This document shows, one piece after another, positions 14,213-19,439 of a stretch of 19,439 nucleotides of DNA (its first letter is position 1; each line of letters begins with the position of its first letter). The notes beneath the pieces were generated by a model. That model saw only the letters and a program-made list of their open reading frames with translations, ran no database searches and had not been told where the DNA came from. Made by a program: the position numbers and the translations under genes. The stretch is taken from the NCBI GenBank assembly GCA_037444445.1, contig JBBIMK010000028.1:7523-26961 (forward strand), written 5' to 3'. The DNA comes from a bacterium. GTDB taxonomy: Bacteria > UBP7 > UBA6624 > JBBIMK01.

Positions 14213-15187
14213 TCAGGAGTTCCGAAGTTCCAGGAGGGCTCCGTGACGAATTCCCCACTCGGATACCCGCAAGGTGTTGAGGGGAAGCACGGCAGGGCAG
14301 AGCACGGAGAAAAGGACAGAAATTTCCATTAAACCTGCAATCATCACATAGGCTCTCCTTTCTCCCATAACTGGATAACAGGCTCGCCGGGATAGCGGAA
14401 GACCGCTAATAGAATTTAACCAGGTATTCACAATTTTTAGTGGCATTATGGAGTTGTGGACCCTGGCGGAATGATATCTGGATAGCCCTTGAGCAAGAGC
14501 CGAGAGGGTGGTGATAGTTCCGCCGAGAGCGATACACTCTAATCGGTCTACATCGGAATGAGATTCTGTCCAGGATTTCAAGGGTGAAATGAGTTCAGAA
14601 AACTGGATTTTCAGAAATTCTCCAAGGGAGTGAAGTTCCTCAGGGTGGGGCGGGTCGTGGTGCAAAAACTCCTCCGTCAGGGTCAGAACGCCGAAAGGGA
14701 ATGAGCGAAATCCGAAAGAGGTGGGAGTCCCCCAGGAGATTTCCGTAGACCCGCCACCTTCATCCATCACCACCAGAGGATGAGGGTTTCCTTCTGAGAA
14801 AGCGAAATGATTGGCAATAAACGAAAGGAAGGCTTCCCTCTGAGGTGTAAGGATTTCCACCTCCGGAGTGAGGCCGTGAGCCAGAGAGAGGAGAGCCTCT
14901 GCATTGGATGCGGAGCGAACCGCTTCGGTGGCGAGAATCCGCAGGTGGGTTGCCTGAAGAGCGTGCGCCTGCCGGGTGAATTCCTGAACTGCCTCGCAGG
15001 TTTCCTGAATCCCCTCCAGAGAGAGCAGACGGGACCGAAAGAAACCCCGCCCGAGATTCGTGACCAGGCCGGTGTCCAGGAGAATCTGAAAAGTCTTCCC
15101 TCCGATTTTTGCCACCAGCAAACGGGTAGAATAGGTGCCGATGTCAATGCAAGCGGCAAGCCAGTCCGGTCGTTTTCGTAAGTTCAT
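14213..15187 (-). CDS. Ppx/GppA family phosphatase (exopolyphosphatase / pppGpp phosphohydrolase N-terminal fold)
   Basis: 324 aa. ASKHA phosphate-binding motifs are present at ACIDIGTYSTRLLVA and VVMDEGGGSTEIS. Confidence 0.8.
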   Translation of the reverse strand: MNLRKRPDWLAACIDIGTYSTRLLVAKIGGKTFQILLDTGLVTNLGRGFFRSRLLSLEGIQETCEAVQEFTRQAHALQATHLRILATEAVRSASNAEALLSLAHGLTPEVEILTPQREAFLSFIANHFAFSEGNPHPLVVMDEGGGSTEISWGTPTSFGFRSFPFGVLTLTEEFLHHDPPHPEELHSLGEFLKIQFSELISPLKSWTESHSDVDRLECIALGGTITTLSALAQGLSRYHSARVHNSIMPLKIVNTWLNSISGLPLSRRACYPVMGERRAYVMIAGLMEISVLFSVLCPAVLPLNTLRVSEWGIRHGALLELRNS

Positions 15188-15194
15188 TGCGGCG

Positions 15195-15752
15195 TCAGGA
15201 TAGCAGATGCCTCAGCACGGCAATCTGACAGTTCAATTCCAGAGTTTCCAGGAGAATATAACACTCAAAAAGGTCAGAACCTGCCGACAGAACACCGTGA
15301 TTTTGAAGGATGACTATGGGGGAAAATGAAAGAGCATGAACCACAGCCTTCACATCTTCAACTGTGGCTGTGAACTGGGGAAGGACCCTGACGATGCCCA
15401 GCATTTTTGCCCCTTCCAGGGTAGGGGGCGTGAAAGAATCCAGTTTCTCTGAAAGGACGATAGCGTAAGGAGAGTGAAGGTGAAGACAGGCCCGGTAAAC
15501 AGTGCCCTGATAAATGGCCAGATGGAGAGGAAGTTCCGAGGATGGCTGTTTCCCTTTCAGCACACTTCCATCCGGGGTCACCTCCACCAGGTCCGGCTCA
15601 ATCAGCCCTCCGAGAAAGGCTCCCGTGCGGGTGATGATGACCTTATTTTCCTCCGGGATAAACACGCTCATATTACCACCGGTTCCAGCGGTCAGCCCTT
15701 TAGAATATGCCAATTTCCCTACTAACATGAATTCTTCTGAATGGTAAGGCAA
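15195..15752 (-). CDS. Class II aldolase/adducin family protein
   Basis: Matching segments are GLTAGTGGNMSV, ITRTG, PSSELPLHLAIY, LHLHSPYA and ILQNHGVLSAG. The start is moved to TTG at 15752, which has GGAGG 8 nt upstream. The 241-aa ORF-track version overlaps the ZIP gene by 122 nt. ATG at 15728 is an alternative start. Confidence 0.75.
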   Translation of the reverse strand: MPYHSEEFMLVGKLAYSKGLTAGTGGNMSVFIPEENKVIITRTGAFLGGLIEPDLVEVTPDGSVLKGKQPSSELPLHLAIYQGTVYRACLHLHSPYAIVLSEKLDSFTPPTLEGAKMLGIVRVLPQFTATVEDVKAVVHALSFSPIVILQNHGVLSAGSDLFECYILLETLELNCQIAVLRHLLS

Positions 15753-15798
15753 GAGATTCCCCTCCTTTTTTAGGCATTTCGGGCTCCGCTTCTGCCGA

Positions 15799-16530
15799 CT
15801 ACGAAACGGTATAAAGCCATCTGACCAGGGCGAAGAAAGAGGACCCGGAAATGAAGGACAAAATGGCGGGTGCGTTATTCTTCGCATGAAAGTAAGGAAG
15901 TAAATCTGCGGTAGCCACATAAATAAAGGTCCCCGCTGTTAATCCGAGGATGGCAGAAAGGAGAAAGGGAGAGAAGAAGCGGGGGAATCCGCCTAAAATC
16001 AAGGAAATGACTGTGCCAATGGGGGTTGCCAGGGCAATCCCTGCAGTCATTGCCACCAGACGGAATGCGGAAGCACGAACCGTCAGCAGTAGGGAACAGG
16101 AGGTGAAGCCATCCACGAGTTTGTGAAGAACAATCCCGAGGGTGATGAGGGCGCCAAGGGTGGGAGAAGTTTTAAATCCCACTCCGATGGCAAGCCCGTC
16201 AATCCAGGAGTGTATCAATAGCCCTGTCCACGCCGCCAGGAAAAGAGGCTTGTGTTTTTCCTCTGCCTCCGGATGGTGGTGGGGATGCAGAAAAGCATCA
16301 AATAAAAAGAGCAGGAGAAATCCTGCGAGAGCATAGAAGCCTCCCCGGGCGTGTAATTCGGTGGCTTCCGGCAGGATTTCCACGAGAGAAAGGGAAAGGA
16401 GTGAGCCAGCGGCGAAGGCAATGAAATTATTCAGGTTCTTCAAGCACCACTGATATTGGAGGAAAATGAGCAGACCACCGAGGAGAACCATTCCCGCCGC
16501 CAGAAAACTGAATAAAAGAGCCATTGGCAT
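15799..16530 (-). CDS. ZIP family (ZupT-like) divalent metal transporter
   Basis: Multi-TM protein with a His-rich loop (HPHHHPEAEEKH). ZIP signatures are present at HSWIDGLAIG and LHKLVDGF. The start is ambiguous: ATG at 16530 or 16524, or TTG at 16575. Confidence 0.8.
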   Translation of the reverse strand: MPMALLFSFLAAGMVLLGGLLIFLQYQWCLKNLNNFIAFAAGSLLSLSLVEILPEATELHARGGFYALAGFLLLFLFDAFLHPHHHPEAEEKHKPLFLAAWTGLLIHSWIDGLAIGVGFKTSPTLGALITLGIVLHKLVDGFTSCSLLLTVRASAFRLVAMTAGIALATPIGTVISLILGGFPRFFSPFLLSAILGLTAGTFIYVATADLLPYFHAKNNAPAILSFISGSSFFALVRWLYTVS

Positions 16531-16678
16531 ATTTATTGTAAGATGTCTGAAGGAAAACAACAACCCTTCGCCCAAGCCTGAATGGAAATTTGAAGCCCTC
16601 TACCCACCGTCGGGGGAGAGAAAATGGAAAGTGGAGTTCAGGTTGTGATACACTTAAAAAGTGGTGGTGATTTGCGAG

Positions 16679-17776
16679 ATGAAAATTAGAGGGCGTGATA
16701 TAGTCTTCCTTCTAACAGGTGCTGGAATAGCCCTGGGATATATCCTGTATGGCCTACCCCGAACGGAGTCGAGTCCAGTGAACGCCGCTATGCCTCCTGC
16801 GGTCCCCGGGTTTCCTGAAGTGGAATGGACGGAACGAGCCACAGCGGAAGCCCAGCGCTCGGTGGTGAACATCAGCGTTCGGTCCTATGTCACTGTGGAG
16901 GATTTCTTTTTTAACATTCGGAAGATTCCCAAGGAAGGGCTGGGGTCGGGTGTGATTATTGATGAAAAAGGGTATGTACTAACGAATAATCATGTAGTGA
17001 AAGGAGCGGAAGAAATTCTCGTCTCCCTCCTGGATGGACGGAGTTTCTCGGGGAAGATTCTGGGACGCGACCCGGACACGGATGTGGCTGTGGTGAAAAT
17101 TGACGGGAAGGATTTGCCTGTGGCAAAAATGGGTGATTCCTCCCGGTTAAAGAAGGGGCAATTTGTCCTCGCTCTGGGTAACCCTTTTGGACTGGAAAGC
17201 ACGGTGACCCTCGGAATCATCAGTGGTGTTCAGCGGGATATTCAGGTGGATGAGAATACACGCATTGAAAATCTTATTCAGACTGATGCGGCCATCAACC
17301 CGGGAAACAGCGGTGGAGCGCTGGTAGATAGCCAGGGGAATGTAGTGGGAATCAATACCGCTATTATCCCTCCCACACGGGGTCAGGGAATCAGTTTCGC
17401 TATTCCCATCAACATTGCTCTTGAGATTGCCAGATTGTTGATTCAGGATGGCAAGGTTTCTCGTCCGTGGCTGGGAGTCATATTGGAAGAAGTCACGCTT
17501 TCTGAACCGATAGCGGCAAAACTCTCCCTGCCCCGGCGTGTTCTGGTGGTAGATGACTTATATCAGAACAGTCCGGCGGATACAGCAGGGATTCAGCCCA
17601 ATGATGTGATTCTTGAAATTAGCCACAAGAAAGTCAATTCAGTAGATGAAATCAAAAAAGTCATTCGCCAGCAGAAAATCGGCGACTCATTGGTTCTCAC
17701 CATCTTTCGCTATCCGGATTTTTTCTCTACCCGGGTTCGGCTCCGTGAAAAGCCTCTGGATGTTTATGGCATCTAA
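16679..17776 (+). CDS. HtrA/DegP-family S1C serine protease with one PDZ domain
   Basis: It has an N-terminal TM anchor. The catalytic triad context reads TNNHVV, DVAVVKI and GNSGGALVD. The C-terminal PDZ segment reads RPWLGV...SPADTAGIQPNDVILEI. The ATG at 16679 is preferred over the GTG at 16661. Confidence 0.9.
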   Translation: MKIRGRDIVFLLTGAGIALGYILYGLPRTESSPVNAAMPPAVPGFPEVEWTERATAEAQRSVVNISVRSYVTVEDFFFNIRKIPKEGLGSGVIIDEKGYVLTNNHVVKGAEEILVSLLDGRSFSGKILGRDPDTDVAVVKIDGKDLPVAKMGDSSRLKKGQFVLALGNPFGLESTVTLGIISGVQRDIQVDENTRIENLIQTDAAINPGNSGGALVDSQGNVVGINTAIIPPTRGQGISFAIPINIALEIARLLIQDGKVSRPWLGVILEEVTLSEPIAAKLSLPRRVLVVDDLYQNSPADTAGIQPNDVILEISHKKVNSVDEIKKVIRQQKIGDSLVLTIFRYPDFFSTRVRLREKPLDVYGI

Positions 17777-17799
17777 CCGCCAACCGGGTTCCCCTGGCT

Positions 17800-18546
17800 C
17801 TAAATTCCCCAGGTGAGGCGTTGAATCAATGGAAGGGGAAGCCCCACCTGACGCATCTTCTCCTGTGTGAGATGGATGGGATATTCCAACCGACGTATCT
17901 GTATTGTATTCGTGGAAAGATTGAAAATCGTGTAAGAAGCCCGCGGGTCCCGGTCCCTCGGCTGTCCCACGCTTCCTGCATTTACAATATATCGCGACTT
18001 CTCTACTAATAGGGTTTCTGGATAAGCATACCGGATTCCTTCAGAGGAGAAGGAATAAATCGCTGGAATGTGAGTGTGTCCGAGAAAACAAAATCGGTGG
18101 GAATAAGATTCAAAGGCCTCTTCTATCCCGATGTCATACCCTAAATAGTGGAAGGCTTCCGGCTTTACGGGTGTGCCATGCACCAGAAGTGCAGAGAGCT
18201 CCGGAATTTCAAATGTGAGTGGAAAAGAATGAATTTTCTTTATGGCTTCCTCTGGAAGAGTTCTACGCGTCCAATGAATCGCTGTGAAAGCATGAGGATT
18301 AAAGTATTCGGTTGACAGCAAGCCTGCTACTGCTGCGTCATGATTCCCTAAAAGAATCAAGGAAGCCATCGCCTGAACTCTCTCCAGGCATTCCAGTGGG
18401 TCGGGCCCATATCCCACGACATCACCGAGACAGTAAACTGTATCCACTTGCTCTTTTTCCATATCCTTCTGGACCTCTTCCAGCGCTTCCAGGTTTCCGT
18501 GAATATCTGAAATGAAAGCAATCTTCTTGAGATTTTTCCGGGTCAT
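17800..18546 (-). CDS. Metallophosphoesterase (calcineurin-like, PPP/ApaH-like) family protein
   Basis: The four characteristic motifs are present: SDIHGN, LGDVVGYGP, GNHD and GHTH. Confidence 0.85.
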   Translation of the reverse strand: MTRKNLKKIAFISDIHGNLEALEEVQKDMEKEQVDTVYCLGDVVGYGPDPLECLERVQAMASLILLGNHDAAVAGLLSTEYFNPHAFTAIHWTRRTLPEEAIKKIHSFPLTFEIPELSALLVHGTPVKPEAFHYLGYDIGIEEAFESYSHRFCFLGHTHIPAIYSFSSEGIRYAYPETLLVEKSRYIVNAGSVGQPRDRDPRASYTIFNLSTNTIQIRRLEYPIHLTQEKMRQVGLPLPLIQRLTWGI

Positions 18547-18661
18547 GATTTTCGTTTCTATCCGTTACAATTATTATGGCAATTCACTTCAGCGTGAAAC
18601 GAAAGCCGTAGATGGACCTTGCCAACCGTGAGAGCCACAAAGGGGGGGTCATCTCAACCGT

Positions 18662-19234
18662 TTATCCCCGCTCTTCCCACAGGTCAGAGGAAGGAAGTAC
18701 TGCACCGATGAGTTTGGCTCGTGTGAAGGTGGTGTTCTCTGTATTTGCCTCTCGGAGGTTAGCGCCGGTGAGGTCAGCATAAGAAAAATCAGCCAGGGAA
18801 AGGTCGCATCGGGCGAGAACGGCGCCGGCGAAATTGGAACAGGAGGCGAAGGCACCGGTGAGGATAGCCCCCATCAGGTCAGCCCCGGTGAAGATGGCAT
18901 ATTCCAGTATAGCCCCGTCCAGGTTGGCTTCCCGCAGGCTCGCGCCAGGAAAATGTGCATGCTCCATAACTGCCCCTGCGAGAAGACAGTGAGAGAGTTG
19001 CGCCATCGTAAGGTTTGCTTTTCTCAGAATGGCTCCCCTGAGGTCAGCCTGCGTGAGGTTAGCGTTCTGGAGATTGGCAAGGGTCAGGTCTGCGTTTCTC
19101 AGGTTGATGCCCGGGAGGTCGGCTCCAGACAGGTCTGCCCCTGCGAGGTCGGGATTTATCCCCGGCTTTTCCACTCGCCACTGGTTCCATTCAACCACCC
19201 CCTCCTTCAACTTCTTCCAGTGTTCTTCATTCAT
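18662..19234 (-). CDS. Pentapeptide repeat protein
   Basis: After a 25-aa N-terminal cap, tandem A(D/N)LxG/A pentapeptides run across about 150 aa (ADLSGADLPGINLRNADLTLANLQNANLTQADLRGA...). Confidence 0.9.
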   Translation of the reverse strand: MNEEHWKKLKEGVVEWNQWRVEKPGINPDLAGADLSGADLPGINLRNADLTLANLQNANLTQADLRGAILRKANLTMAQLSHCLLAGAVMEHAHFPGASLREANLDGAILEYAIFTGADLMGAILTGAFASCSNFAGAVLARCDLSLADFSYADLTGANLREANTENTTFTRAKLIGAVLPSSDLWEERG

Positions 19235-19387
19235 ATCCCAACCCCTCGCAATGATGCGGTCTCATTTCTATGCTATTCTTTTTTATTAAAATTTGTCAAG
19301 GGATGGAGGCGTTCTCCACTAATGAGAGTAACTGAGATGAACTGATTGGCCGCACTTTACGGGTGTGTGAAATAAGCGAGACCCGGG

Positions 19388-19439
19388 TCAGGCGAGGATA
19401 TTTCGGGCGATGACCATCCGCTGAATCTCGGAGGTGCCC
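19388..19439 (-). CDS. Acyl-CoA dehydrogenase, C-terminal 16 codons only (gene continues beyond the window)
   Basis: The minus-strand translation GTSEIQRMVIARNILA* matches the near-universal ACAD C-terminal signature (Y)EGTSEIQR.(I/V)IAR. Confidence 0.6.
   Translation of the reverse strand, partial: GTSEIQRMVIARNILA

Noticed and set aside
15753-15920. N-terminal 56 codons of the 241-aa ORF-track version of the aldolase gene
   Set aside because: They overlap the 3' end of the ZIP gene in another frame. They have no aldolase similarity. An SD-preceded TTG at 15752 gives a normal-length protein.
1-19439. CRISPR arrays, rRNA genes, IS transposases, integrases, and prophage structural genes
   Set aside because: No regularly spaced short repeats were seen. 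No ORFs with transposase, integrase or phage hallmarks were seen on either strand.

Overview
This is a chromosomal segment from a diderm (Gram-negative-type) bacterium of roughly mid GC, judged by eye. It is mostly housekeeping or accessory-metabolic genes. Plus-strand genes: a 5'-partial GIY-YIG gene, a DRG/Rbg-like GTPase with a TGS domain, a 995-aa AddB-like Fe-S RecB-family nuclease, a TetR regulator, nadA and an HtrA-type protease. Minus-strand genes: a GNAT acetyltransferase; a five-gene TonB uptake operon (TonB-dependent receptor, unknown polytopic membrane protein, exbB, exbD, tonB); a four-gene string (ZIP transporter, class II aldolase, Ppx/GppA phosphatase, parvulin PPIase); a metallophosphoesterase; a pentapeptide-repeat protein; and the last 16 codons of an acyl-CoA dehydrogenase. 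Two regions are not ordinary. (1) nt 1-509 holds interleaved exact repeats joining a GIY-YIG gene, a truncated second GIY-YIG copy, and an 86-nt promoter-equipped tRNA-like gene. That gene has good acceptor, D and T arms and an encoded CCA, but no foldable canonical anticodon arm. A 69-nt partial copy of it is fused in-frame to the 3' end of the first GIY-YIG ORF. (2) nt 1533-2618 is a visibly AT-richer minus-strand cassette between the GTPase and the AddB-like gene. It carries two translationally coupled small unknown ORFs (44 and 89 aa) followed by a disrupted PD-(D/E)XK-like nuclease gene. The adjacent AddB-like ORF appears to lack its N-terminal P-loop segment, and no addA-type partner follows it. 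No CRISPR array, rRNA, transposase or integrase gene was seen. All functional calls rest on motif recognition by eye, and none has been checked by a search.
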